From NCBI GenBank assembly GCA_036388715.1, contig DASVRH010000405.1, forward strand, positions 1 through 41,430: a DNA stretch of 41,430 nt, given 5' to 3'. The stretch is from Solirubrobacteraceae bacterium (GTDB lineage Bacteria; Actinomycetota; Thermoleophilia; Solirubrobacterales; Solirubrobacteraceae). The position numbers and the translations under genes were made by a program. How positions within the stretch are numbered: the first letter of the stretch is position 1; each line of letters starts with the position of its first letter. The notes under the pieces were generated by a model. It was not told the DNA's origin, made no database searches, and saw only the letters and a program-made list of their open reading frames with translations. Of the stretch, positions 8,114 to 17,042 are shown piece after piece.

Positions 8114-9073
8114 GTGCCGGTCACAGTCATCTTCGGTGGCAGCGGGTTCATCGGCTGCCATCTCGCGAACGAGCTGGCCCGGGCCGGCGAGACGGTGGTC
8201 CTCGCGGACCTCGAGCCGCCTCGCCTGCCCGTGCCGCCGGACGTGACGTTCGTGCGGCGCGACGTGCGCGAGCCGATCGGGCGGATCGACGGCGTCGAGC
8301 GGCCGGATCTCGTGGTCAACCTGGCCGCCGTGCACCGCACGCCGGGGCACGAGGACCACGAGTACCACGACACGAACGAGAACGGCGCGCGGAACGTCAC
8401 GGCGTACTGCGAGGAGGAGGGCGTGGCCCGTCTCTGGTTCACCAGCTCGATCGCCGTCTACGGCCCGGGCGAGGAGCCCAAGGACGAGGACAGCGAGCTC
8501 ACGCCGGTCAGCGCGTACGGCAAGTCCAAGGTGCGCGCCGAGGAGATCCACGCCGAGTGGGCCCGCCGCGCCGAAGGCCGCCGCCTCGTCGTCGTGCGGC
8601 CGGCCACGGTGTTCGGCCCGGGCGAGGGCGGCAACTTCACCCGCCTGGCCAAGAGCCTGCGGACGCGCACCTTCGTGTACCCGGGCCGGCGGGAGACGCG
8701 CAAGGCGTGCGGCTACGTCGACGACCTCGCCGGGAGCCTCCTGTACATGGAGCAGTTCGCGGATCCGGTCGTGACCTACAACTTCGGCTACCCGACGCCG
8801 CCGACGACCGAGGAGATCGTCGAGGCGTTCCGGCGCGTCGGCGGCTTCGGCCGGCCCGTGGGCACGGTGCCGCTCGGCCCGATCCTCGTCGTCGCCAAGG
8901 GCCTGCACCGCGCCGGCCTGAAGACCTTCGACCCGGCGCGGGTCGTGAAGCTCGTGCACTCGACGAACATCGTTCCCAAGCAGCTCGTCGAGCGCCGCTA
9001 CTCGTACCGGACCAACCTCGACACTGCACTGGAGCGGTGGTATCGCGAGGACCCCGACGGGGCCTTCGTCTGA
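8114..9073 (+). CDS. NAD-dependent epimerase/dehydratase family protein
   Basis: GTG at 8114 has GGGGGAAAG just upstream and gives VPVTVIFGGSGFIGCHLANEL... with a YGKSK catalytic motif. The track ORF starting at 7229 is an in-frame read-through artefact that overlaps the previous gene. Confidence 0.8.
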   Translation: MPVTVIFGGSGFIGCHLANELARAGETVVLADLEPPRLPVPPDVTFVRRDVREPIGRIDGVERPDLVVNLAAVHRTPGHEDHEYHDTNENGARNVTAYCEEEGVARLWFTSSIAVYGPGEEPKDEDSELTPVSAYGKSKVRAEEIHAEWARRAEGRRLVVVRPATVFGPGEGGNFTRLAKSLRTRTFVYPGRRETRKACGYVDDLAGSLLYMEQFADPVVTYNFGYPTPPTTEEIVEAFRRVGGFGRPVGTVPLGPILVVAKGLHRAGLKTFDPARVVKLVHSTNIVPKQLVERRYSYRTNLDTALERWYREDPDGAFV

Positions 9074-9078
9074 TCGCC

Positions 9079-10305
9079 ATGGACATCCTCATCACCAGCA
9101 GCTACTACTGGCCGGAGCTGACCGGCAACGCGCCCTACGTCACGGGCATGGCGGAGTACTTCGCCGAGCGTCACCGCGTCGTCGTCGCGACCGCGTACCC
9201 GCACTACCCGCAGTGGGAGCCGCAGATGAAGCGGCGCCCGCGGCACGTCGAGCACCAGAACGGCGTCGAGATCCAGCGCCGCTTCCACTACGTCCCGCGC
9301 TCCCAGTCGGCGGCCAAGCGCGCGGTCTACGAGGCGACGATGTTCGCCGGCGGCCTGACCGCCCTGCGCCCGGGGTGGCGACCCGACGTGATCCTCGGCG
9401 TCATGCCGAGCCTGGCCAGCAGCACGCACGCCCGCGTCGCGGCACGGCTCCACAAGCGCCCCTACGGCCTCGTCTTCCACGACCTGATGGGCGAGGGCGC
9501 GCGCCAGAGCGGCGTCAGCGGCGGCGGCCGCGTCGCGGACATCGTCACGAAGGCCGAGATCGGCCTGGCGCGCGGCGCGAAGCGCATCGCCGTGTACGCC
9601 GACGGCATGCGCCGGTACTTCGAGGACGGCGGGGTGCCCGCCGACAAGATCGACCGCGTCCGGCCGTGGACGCTGAACTGGAACCCGACGGTCGACCGCG
9701 AGGAGATGCGGCGGCGCCTGGGCTGGAACGGCGAGTTCATCTGCGTGCACGCCGGCAACATGGGCCACAAGCAGGGCCTCGACAACGTGCTCGACGCCGC
9801 CGCCAAGGCGAAGGACCCCGACGTCCGCTTCGTCCTCGCGGGCGACGGCAACGAGCGGGCGCGGCTCCAGGCGCGAGCTCGCGAGATGGGCCTGAGGAAC
9901 CTCCTCTTCATCGAGCCGATGCCGTGGGGCGAGTACGAGTCGATGCTCATGGCCGCCGACGTTCTCGTCGTCAACCAGCGCCCGACGGTGGGCGAGATGT
10001 CGTTTCCGTCGAAGCTGACGTCCTACTTCCCCGCCGGGCGGCCGGTCGTGGCGGCCGTCGCGGGCGACGCCGACACGGCAGCCGAGGTGCGCCGCTCGGA
10101 GGCGGGCGTCGTCGTCGACCCGAGCCGCCCCGAGGACCTGGCCGCGACGATCGAGGACATCAAGGGCTCACCCGATCGCGGCGAGGCGCTCGGCGCGGCG
10201 GGCCGTCACTACGCGGAGAGCGTGCTGTCGCGTGAGGCGATCCTCCGCGAGTACGACCAGTTCATCGCCCGGCTGGCTCCGGGCGCCGGGCACGGGAGCG
10301 GCTGA
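9079..10305 (+). CDS. GT4-family glycosyltransferase (WcaI-like)
   Basis: MDILITSSYYWPELTGNAPYV... is typical of WcaI-like N-termini. The C-terminal GT1/GT4 core reads FVLAGDGNERARL...VNQRP...FPSKLTSYFPAGRPVV. Confidence 0.85.
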   Translation: MDILITSSYYWPELTGNAPYVTGMAEYFAERHRVVVATAYPHYPQWEPQMKRRPRHVEHQNGVEIQRRFHYVPRSQSAAKRAVYEATMFAGGLTALRPGWRPDVILGVMPSLASSTHARVAARLHKRPYGLVFHDLMGEGARQSGVSGGGRVADIVTKAEIGLARGAKRIAVYADGMRRYFEDGGVPADKIDRVRPWTLNWNPTVDREEMRRRLGWNGEFICVHAGNMGHKQGLDNVLDAAAKAKDPDVRFVLAGDGNERARLQARAREMGLRNLLFIEPMPWGEYESMLMAADVLVVNQRPTVGEMSFPSKLTSYFPAGRPVVAAVAGDADTAAEVRRSEAGVVVDPSRPEDLAATIEDIKGSPDRGEALGAAGRHYAESVLSREAILREYDQFIARLAPGAGHGSG

Positions 10306-10307
10306 GG

Positions 10308-11369
10308 GTGGACGTCGCTCGGCTCAAGCGCGGCGTGTCGGGGAGGCTCTTCACCCGCCGGCGCCTGCCCTTCCCGAGCGACGCCGTCGTCCCGATGGAC
10401 TCGACCTCGGACGTCCTGCTGCGCTTCAGCCGCACGCTGCACGAGTTCAAGCCGCCCGTCTGGTCGCAGGAGGTCGCGTTCGCCAGCGAGATGAGCGCGC
10501 GCGGCCGCGCGTTCGCGGTGACGAGCGAGCCCGGCGAGATCTTCGGCAAGTCGGTCATGTGGTACCACCGCGACGACCTCGTGAAGCCGCGGCTGTGGGA
10601 CTACGCGAAGCAGATGCAGGAGCTGATCGCGGGGATCGAGGGGCAGGGCAACCGCACCTTCAACTCCTCCGGCGAGGTCCGCTTCTGGGAGAACAAGGGC
10701 TACATGCACCGGCGCCTCGACGAGATCGGCGCGCCGACGCCGCGGACGCGTCTGCTGACCGCCGACACGTGGCGGTCGGCCGAGTTCGACCTCGAGCCGC
10801 TGCTCATCAAGGAGGAGCACTCGTCGAGCAGCAAGGGCGTGCAGCACTTCCGGACGGCCGCGGACGCGCGCCGGTACGTCGAGGGCTACGCCTTCCGCCC
10901 CGGCGAGAGCCTCGTCATGCAGGAGGTCGTGCCGGGCGCGACGAAGGACCTGAGGCTGACCATGGTCGGCGACCGGATGATCGAGTCGGCGACGTACTGG
11001 CGGATCAAGAGCCCCGAGGCGCTGGCCCGCAGCGAGTGGACGACCACCGCGACCTCGAACGAGTCGACGGTCGTGCACGGCGAGGTCCCCGAGGGCGCCG
11101 TGAAGGCGGCGGCCCGGTACATGCGCGATCTCGGGATCCGCACGGCGGGCTTCGACTTCATGTTCCGCGACGACGACGTCACGGGGCCGCCGCTCGTCCT
11201 CGAGTTCAGCCCGCTCTACGACCCGAACCCACCCAAGCCGCGCCGGTACGACGACTGGTCGTACAAGCGCTACAAGAGCAACCCGTACATCAGCGAGGGC
11301 TACTTCTTTCAGCAGCACCTGGCGTTCCGCGAGATCGCGGGCCAGGTCTTGGACCAGGAGATGTATTGA
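10308..11369 (+). CDS. ATP-grasp fold ligase (candidate amidoligase)
   Basis: ATP-grasp-like blocks are present: NKGYMHRRLDEIGAPTPRT, LLIKEEHSSSSKGVQHF, LVMQEVVPGATKDLRLTMVGD and GFDFMF...LVLEFSP. GTG at 10308 lies 2 nt after the upstream stop, which suggests translational coupling. Confidence 0.7.
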   Translation: MDVARLKRGVSGRLFTRRRLPFPSDAVVPMDSTSDVLLRFSRTLHEFKPPVWSQEVAFASEMSARGRAFAVTSEPGEIFGKSVMWYHRDDLVKPRLWDYAKQMQELIAGIEGQGNRTFNSSGEVRFWENKGYMHRRLDEIGAPTPRTRLLTADTWRSAEFDLEPLLIKEEHSSSSKGVQHFRTAADARRYVEGYAFRPGESLVMQEVVPGATKDLRLTMVGDRMIESATYWRIKSPEALARSEWTTTATSNESTVVHGEVPEGAVKAAARYMRDLGIRTAGFDFMFRDDDVTGPPLVLEFSPLYDPNPPKPRRYDDWSYKRYKSNPYISEGYFFQQHLAFREIAGQVLDQEMY

Positions 11370-11371
11370 CC

Positions 11372-12574
11372 ATGTCCGTGCAGAGCAGCGCCCAGATCAC
11401 GCCGCGCGAAGAGGAGATCCTCGCCACGCTCAAGGAGATCAAGGCGGCGTCGGGCTCGCACTCGCCGAGCCTCTTCGCGCTGAGCGACCGCATTCCCGAC
11501 CTCCAGGTCCGCATCGACGCGTGCTTCCTCTCCAACCCCTACGCGACCGACCTCTTCATCGACCGGCTGACGTCCGAGCTCGTCGAGACCGGCGCGATGC
11601 GCAAGGTTCTCGAGGCGTACCCCTCGCCGAACAACCACGTCGCGTCGCTGCTCTCGCCGACGCTCGGCGTCGACCCGGCGCAGATCTTCGTCTGCAACGG
11701 CGCGATCGAGGCGATCCAGGCGGCGATGCACCGCTTCGCCGGCACGCGGGTCGGCGTCATCCTGCCGACGTTCTCGCCCTACTACGAGTACCTGCGGCCC
11801 GACCAGCAGGTCTTCTACTACAAGCTCTCGCGCGAGAACGACTTCGCCCTCGACGTCGACCACTTCCGCGAGTGGGTCCTGGCCAACGAGCTCGACACGG
11901 TCTGCCTGATCAACCCGAACAACCCGAACGGCGGCTACGTCCCGACGAAGCTGATGCGCGGGCTGCTCGAGTCGCTCGCGCACCTCGAGCTGGTCGTCCT
12001 CGACGAGAGCTTCATCGACTTCGCGTGGGAGGACGCCGAGCGCCACCGGACGAGCCTCACGGCGGACGCGGCGGCGCAGGAGAACGTGATGCTCGTCAAG
12101 AGCATGTCGAAGGACTTCGGCGTGGCCGGCCTGCGCGCGGGCTACGCGATCATGTCGGCGGACCGCGTCCAGTCGCTGGTGGGCAACGGCTTCCTGTGGA
12201 ACATCAGCGGCCTGACCGAGTACTTCTTCCGCCTCTTCACCGACCCGGAGTTCCAGGCCGACTACTCGTGGGCCCGCCTGCGCTACCTCGCCGAGGCCGA
12301 GCCGTTCTTCGGCGCGCTCGGCGCCATCGGGGGGCTGCGCGCGTACCCGAGCAAGGCCAACTTCGTCCTCGTCGAGCTCGAGGACACGGTGCCGATCGAG
12401 CTGGTCGCGCCGCTCCTCCTCGTCCGCCACGGCGTCTACGTGCGCGACTGCCGCGACAAGATCGGCCTCGAGGACGGCCAGTACATCCGCGTCGCGAGCC
12501 GCAAGGGCGTCGAGAACGACGAGATCGTCGCGGCGTTCGAGTCGATCGTGAGCGCATGCCGCACCGACGGCTGA
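11372..12574 (+). CDS. PLP-dependent class I/II aminotransferase-fold enzyme (HisC/CobD-like aminotransferase or decarboxylase)
   Basis: It has NPNNPNGGYV, a VVLDESFIDF motif and the SMSKDFGVAGLRAGY PLP-lysine motif. The ATG lies 2 nt after the upstream stop. Confidence 0.85.
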   Translation: MSVQSSAQITPREEEILATLKEIKAASGSHSPSLFALSDRIPDLQVRIDACFLSNPYATDLFIDRLTSELVETGAMRKVLEAYPSPNNHVASLLSPTLGVDPAQIFVCNGAIEAIQAAMHRFAGTRVGVILPTFSPYYEYLRPDQQVFYYKLSRENDFALDVDHFREWVLANELDTVCLINPNNPNGGYVPTKLMRGLLESLAHLELVVLDESFIDFAWEDAERHRTSLTADAAAQENVMLVKSMSKDFGVAGLRAGYAIMSADRVQSLVGNGFLWNISGLTEYFFRLFTDPEFQADYSWARLRYLAEAEPFFGALGAIGGLRAYPSKANFVLVELEDTVPIELVAPLLLVRHGVYVRDCRDKIGLEDGQYIRVASRKGVENDEIVAAFESIVSACRTDG

Positions 12575-13203
12575 CGCCCCGCCGCCTCGCCGCCGCCGCC
12601 ACCCGTCCGATCCGCCACCTCCCCGACCGCCGCGCGGCCGTGCGCGCCGCGGCCGCCGTCGCGGCCGCGTGCCCCGGCGAGGTCCGCGTGTGCTGGGACC
12701 TCGACAACACGCTCGTCGACTCCGGCCGCCTGCTGCGCGAGGGCGTGCCGCTCGACGAGGCCGTCCGCAGCGCGGACCCGGTCGCCGGGATGCTCGACTT
12801 CCAGCGCGCGCTCGCCGCGGCGCTCCCCGGCGCCGGCCACTTCGTGCTCAGCGTCCGCGCGCGGGGGATGCGCGACGACACCCTCGCGTGGATCGCGCGC
12901 CACGGGCTCGAGCTCGCGCCCGACGCGGTGGCGCTCGTGCGCAGCCCCGCCGACAAGCCCGCGGTCTGGCGCGCGCTCGCGCGGGGAGGGAAGCTCGTCG
13001 TCGTCGACGACCTCAGCCACGGCCATGAGGGATCGGCCATCACGCCGTACGGACGGCTGGCCGAGCAGGCGCGCCGGATCGCGGACGCCTACGTCGACCT
13101 GGCAGCGATCGGGGCGATCGCCGAGGAGCCGGCGAGCGCCGCGGCGGCCGCCGAGCGCGTCGCGGCGGCGGTGGGCGGCGCGGCTTCGCCTAGTGCTTCT
13201 TGA
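12556..13203 (+). CDS. HAD-superfamily hydrolase (probable phosphatase)
   Basis: HAD motif I is CWDLDNTLVDS (DxDxT) and the late motif is KLVVVDDLSHG. ATG at 12556 overlaps the upstream gene by 19 nt. The track ORF starting at 11521 is a read-through artefact. Confidence 0.7.
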   Translation: MPHRRLTPRRLAAAATRPIRHLPDRRAAVRAAAAVAAACPGEVRVCWDLDNTLVDSGRLLREGVPLDEAVRSADPVAGMLDFQRALAAALPGAGHFVLSVRARGMRDDTLAWIARHGLELAPDAVALVRSPADKPAVWRALARGGKLVVVDDLSHGHEGSAITPYGRLAEQARRIADAYVDLAAIGAIAEEPASAAAAAERVAAAVGGAASPSAS

Positions 13204-16200
13204 CGCGCGCCCAGTCGCGGCCGCGCTGCTTCTGCCAGCGCAGCGGCGTGGACAGGCTCGACTCGACCAGCATCGTCCGTGACGTCGTGGCCGCCGCCGG
13301 CGCGACGGCCGGGTCCGTCCACGTCGACGTGCCCATCGCCGCGCCGTAGAGGTCGCCTGCCTCGGTGAGGCCCGCGGACTGCGACTGCGCGAACTGGGCG
13401 GCCTTCGTGCTGCCGGCGAGCCCGGTCGCGGTCCCGTACATCACGTTGACCATGCCGGAGTCGACGAACTGGAACGCCTCGTTCGGCGCGCCGCCGACGA
13501 GGTCGGACCGCCGGTCGCCGTCGTAGTCGCCGGTGGTGATCGCCGAGCCGAAGTGGTCGCCCGCCTGCGCGAGGCCCTCCCACGAGTTCTGCGACCACTC
13601 CTGCGCGTCCTGCGGGCGGAACCGGGTCAGCCCGCTCGCGCCGCCGTACATGACGTTCACGACCCCCGCCCCGGCGATGCCGTAGTAGTTCTCGTTCGGA
13701 GCGGCCGCGGCGAGATCCTCGCGGCCGTCGGCGTTGAAGTCGCCGGCGGTCAGCGCGCCGCCCCAGCCGTCGCCCGGCTCCTCCGCGCCGGCGGCGTCGG
13801 CCTGGCGCAGCTGTTGCGGGTTCGTGAACCCGGTCGTCGTGCCGTACAGGACGTTGACGACGCCGGCGCCGGCGTTGCCCGACCAGTCCTCGCCCGGCGC
13901 GCCGGCCACCAGCTCCGACCGGCCGTCGCCGTTGAAGTCCGCCGTCGTGAGCGCCGCGCCGAAGCGGTCGCTCTGCTCGGGCAGCCCGGCGGCGTGCTCC
14001 TGGGGGATCTGTCGCGCGCGGACGCTGCCGGCAAGCCCCGACGCGGTGCCGTACATCACGTTGACCATCCCGGACGCGGTCGCCTGGTAGTCCTCGCCGG
14101 GCGCGCCGGCGACGAGGTCCGCGCGGCCGTCGCCGTCGAAGTCCCCGGCCGCGAGCGCCGTGCCGAAGCGGTCGCCGTCCTGAGCGAGGCCCTCGAACGA
14201 GTTCTGCGACCACTCCTGGGCCTTGCCGCGGTCGTTGCCGTCGACGCCGTTCGCCGATCCGTACTGGACGTTGACCACGCCCGCGTCGGGCACGCCGTAG
14301 AAGTTCTCGCCCGGCGCGCTCGCGACGAGGTCGTCGCGGCCGTCGCCGTCGAAGTCGCCCGCGGCCAGCGCCGCCCCGAAGCGGTCACCCGCCTCGTTGG
14401 CGCCGGCGACGTCGCTCTGGAAGAACTGGCGCGGGTTCGGCCCGCCGTTGAGCCCGGTGGCCGAGCCGTACAGCACGTTGACGGCGCCCGCGCGCGCGAG
14501 GCCGGCGAGGTCCTCGCCCGGCGCGCCGACGGCGAGGTCGCTGTAACCGTCGTTGTTGAAGTCGCCGGTGGTCAGCGCCGCGCCCCACTGGTCGCCCTGC
14601 TCGCTGAGGCCGAACGCGGCCGACTGATGGAACTGCAGCTCGCCCGGCCCCGGCTTGCCGAGACCGCTCGCGCCGCCGTACTTCACGTTGACCACGCCGG
14701 CGTCCTCGAGGCCCCACAGCTCCTCGCCCGGGGCGCCGATCGCGAGGTCGTCGTAGCCGTCGCCGTTGAAGTCCGCCGCCGTGCCGAGCTGACGCGTGAA
14801 GGTCGCGCGGTACGTCGCGCTGGTGGCCGGCGTGGTGAGCACGTGCGACTTCGCGCCGCCGTCCGACCACGAGCCGAACACGTAGCGGCGGGTCCCCTTG
14901 AGCTGCGTCGGCGCGTCGACGGTGAGGCCCCAGCCCTGCCACGAGGTGATCGTCTCGGGCCCGGTGAGCGTCCGCTCGTTGACCTTGACCTTGAGGCCGG
15001 TGGGCGCCGTCTCGAACGTCAGCGTGACCTTGTTGGGGTCGAAGTCCTGCACCACGGTCGAGCTCAGGCCCGACGAGTCGGTCGCGGTGAGCCGGATCTC
15101 CAGGTTGGAGTTCGTGGCGGCCGAGAAGTCCTCCGGCGCGGGGCCCTTGAAGCTGATGTTGTTGCCCGTGACGGGCTGGACGTAGGGGTGGTAGTGCGTG
15201 TTGTGATGCAGCTTCACCTCCCACTTGAGGCTGGTGGCCGGGAGGGCGCCGTCCTCGGCGTCGTTGGCGTGGCCCGTCAGCGTGTACTGCTGGCCGACCG
15301 CGAACTTCTGCGACGTCGTGGGCGCGTCGATCACCGGCACCGGCTTGTTGCCGACCTCGATCGTGACCGTGTCGGTGTCCGTCGCCCCGGCCGTGTCGGT
15401 CACGGTCAGCTTCGCCTGGTAGGTGCCGCTCTGCGTGTAGGTGTGCGACGTCGTCGCGCCGGTGCCCGTCCCGCCGTCGCCGAACTCCCAGGCGTACGTC
15501 AGCCTGTTGCCGTCGGCGTCCGAGCTGGCCGTCCCGTCGAACTGCACGCTCAGGGGCGCGACGCCCGTCGACGGGGTGCCCGACGCGGAGGCCACCGGCC
15601 TGCGGTTGCCGCCGCCGACGTAGACGACGCGCCGGACCTGGTTCGGCTGCCCGGGCTGGACGCTCGCGCCGTGCAGGTAGTAGAGCGCCTGGCCGCCGGA
15701 CGGCTTGGGGCCGAACTCCATGTCGAGGACGCTCCAGAGTCCGTCGGCCCAGAACGTGACGGCCCCGGTCTCGGCCGGCGCATCCTTCCGCCACACCTTG
15801 CCGCACACGTAGTCGCCGTAGAGGTAGTCGCGGTCGTACTCGACCGGCCACACGCCGGTGGGCACGAAGACGCCGCCGGTGATCGAGCTGCAGCCCGTGT
15901 TGTGGTGGTACGTCGCGACCGGGTCGGTGATCCCGGCGGGCGGGCCAGGGCAGTTCGTCGACATCGCGGTCGGGCACGCGCCCTCGCGCATCGGCCACCC
16001 GTAGTTCGCGCCGAGCGCGCCCGCGTCGACCTCCTCCCAGGTGTCCTGGCCGACGTCGTTGAAGAAGAACCGCGTCGTCGCGCTCTCCTGGTCGAACGCG
16101 GCCTTGTACGGGTTGCGCACGCCGGCCGCGTAGATCTCCTGGCACTTCCTGCTCGCGTCCGACGTGAAGCCGATCGTGCCGCACTGGACGCTGTCGGCGC

Positions 16201-16873
16201 CGAGGTACGGGTTCGTGTCCGGGATCCCGCCCGTGCGGGTGATCCGCACGACCTTGCCCTGCAGCGTGTTGAGCTCCTGCCCGGCCGTGTTCAGCTCACC
16301 GCAGGCGTTCTGGTTCTTGTAGTAGCAGAGGCCGTCGCCCACCATCACGTAGAGCAGGCCGTCCTTGCCGAAGTGGACGTCGCCGCCGTTGTGCGCCCCC
16401 TGGAACGCCACGATGTTGTCGAGCAGGACGGTCTCGCTGGCGGGGTCGATGACGTTGCCGGTCATCTTGAAGCGCGACAGCCGGTTGACGGGCCCGGTCA
16501 GCAGCGTCGAGCCGCACGTCCCGTGCTTGTTGAACGTGTAATAGACGTACAGGAAGCCGTTGGTCGCGAAGCTCGGGTCGGGCGCGATGCCCATGAGCCC
16601 CTCCTCGCGGTTGCCGCAGACCTTGTTGCCGAGGCTCAGCGCCGGCGTGGTGAGCCGTACGTCGTTCTGGATGACGTCGACGTTGCCGTTCATCGTCGAC
16701 ACGAGGATCCGGCCGTCGGGCAGGATCACCATCGCGCTCGGGAAGTTCGGGATCTCGGCCACCACCTCGTTCTGGAAGCCGGCGGGGACGGCGCCCGGCG
16801 CGGGCGCCGCGCAGAGGCAGGCGGCCACGACAGCGATCATCGTGACCAGGGCGGACCTGAGAGCGGTGTTCAT
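13190..16873 (-). CDS. Secreted multidomain protein: PQQ-type soluble sugar dehydrogenase beta-propeller + PKD domain + conserved middle module + 7 FG-GAP repeats
   Basis: Signal peptide is MNTALRSALVTMIAVVAACLCAAPAPG. GSDH-like motifs include LPDGRILV, EEGLMGIAPDP, HNGGDVHFGKDGLLYVMVGDG, LQGKVVRI and AAGVRNPY. The PKD block reads LSVQFDGTASSDADGNRLTYAWEFGDGG. Seven DFxGDGxxDL...GAPGE repeats follow. Confidence 0.9.
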   Translation of the reverse strand: MNTALRSALVTMIAVVAACLCAAPAPGAVPAGFQNEVVAEIPNFPSAMVILPDGRILVSTMNGNVDVIQNDVRLTTPALSLGNKVCGNREEGLMGIAPDPSFATNGFLYVYYTFNKHGTCGSTLLTGPVNRLSRFKMTGNVIDPASETVLLDNIVAFQGAHNGGDVHFGKDGLLYVMVGDGLCYYKNQNACGELNTAGQELNTLQGKVVRITRTGGIPDTNPYLGADSVQCGTIGFTSDASRKCQEIYAAGVRNPYKAAFDQESATTRFFFNDVGQDTWEEVDAGALGANYGWPMREGACPTAMSTNCPGPPAGITDPVATYHHNTGCSSITGGVFVPTGVWPVEYDRDYLYGDYVCGKVWRKDAPAETGAVTFWADGLWSVLDMEFGPKPSGGQALYYLHGASVQPGQPNQVRRVVYVGGGNRRPVASASGTPSTGVAPLSVQFDGTASSDADGNRLTYAWEFGDGGTGTGATTSHTYTQSGTYQAKLTVTDTAGATDTDTVTIEVGNKPVPVIDAPTTSQKFAVGQQYTLTGHANDAEDGALPATSLKWEVKLHHNTHYHPYVQPVTGNNISFKGPAPEDFSAATNSNLEIRLTATDSSGLSSTVVQDFDPNKVTLTFETAPTGLKVKVNERTLTGPETITSWQGWGLTVDAPTQLKGTRRYVFGSWSDGGAKSHVLTTPATSATYRATFTRQLGTAADFNGDGYDDLAIGAPGEELWGLEDAGVVNVKYGGASGLGKPGPGELQFHQSAAFGLSEQGDQWGAALTTGDFNNDGYSDLAVGAPGEDLAGLARAGAVNVLYGSATGLNGGPNPRQFFQSDVAGANEAGDRFGAALAAGDFDGDGRDDLVASAPGENFYGVPDAGVVNVQYGSANGVDGNDRGKAQEWSQNSFEGLAQDGDRFGTALAAGDFDGDGRADLVAGAPGEDYQATASGMVNVMYGTASGLAGSVRARQIPQEHAAGLPEQSDRFGAALTTADFNGDGRSELVAGAPGEDWSGNAGAGVVNVLYGTTTGFTNPQQLRQADAAGAEEPGDGWGGALTAGDFNADGREDLAAAAPNENYYGIAGAGVVNVMYGGASGLTRFRPQDAQEWSQNSWEGLAQAGDHFGSAITTGDYDGDRRSDLVGGAPNEAFQFVDSGMVNVMYGTATGLAGSTKAAQFAQSQSAGLTEAGDLYGAAMGTSTWTDPAVAPAAATTSRTMLVESSLSTPLRWQKQRGRDWARVKKH
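13325..14773 (-). repeat. Seven tandem FG-GAP (integrin-alpha-like) coding repeats of 66-71 aa each
   Basis: Counted from the translation: 70, 69, 71, 68, 66, 71 and 68 residues. Each starts D[FY][ND]xDG and contains APGE/APNE, VNVxYG and a [RQHGL][FWY]G[AGST]A element (DRFGAA, DQWGAA, DGWGGA, DHFGSA, DLYGAA). Seven repeats predict a 7-bladed propeller. About 200-bp periodicity is visible in the DNA. Confidence 0.85.
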
Positions 16874-17042
16874 CAGCGGCGTGGGGAGGTTGGCGGCGTG
16901 GGGGATCCTGCGGTGAGGCCGGCCATCCGTGGCGGCCGACGAGAACCTACCTCAGTCCTGCGCCCGCTTGACCGGCTTTCCGTCCAATTCGGCGGATGTA
17001 CGAGTTCATGGGCCTCGCTCACCTCCTAGGCTTCCGACCGGC

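Noticed and set aside
10308-12574. Impression that the ATP-grasp and PLP genes are compositionally foreign (more Lys/Glu/Phe/Asn-rich proteins), suggesting horizontal acquisition
   Set aside because: A hand count of one 60-nt sample gave about 68% GC, close to the rest of the window. I cannot compute GC3 or codon-adaptation statistics here, so the claim is unsupported.
13325-14773. About 200-bp periodic DNA repeats that could be mistaken for a repeat array or CRISPR-like structure
   Set aside because: The periodicity is fully explained by seven in-frame FG-GAP protein repeats. There are no short identical repeats separated by unique spacers.
13553-17029. 1158-aa forward ORF overlapping the large FG-GAP/dehydrogenase gene
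   Set aside because: It is a shadow frame with the same Arg/Ala/Gly/Val-rich composition and no motifs. The reverse strand has a signal peptide and GSDH, PKD and FG-GAP motifs.
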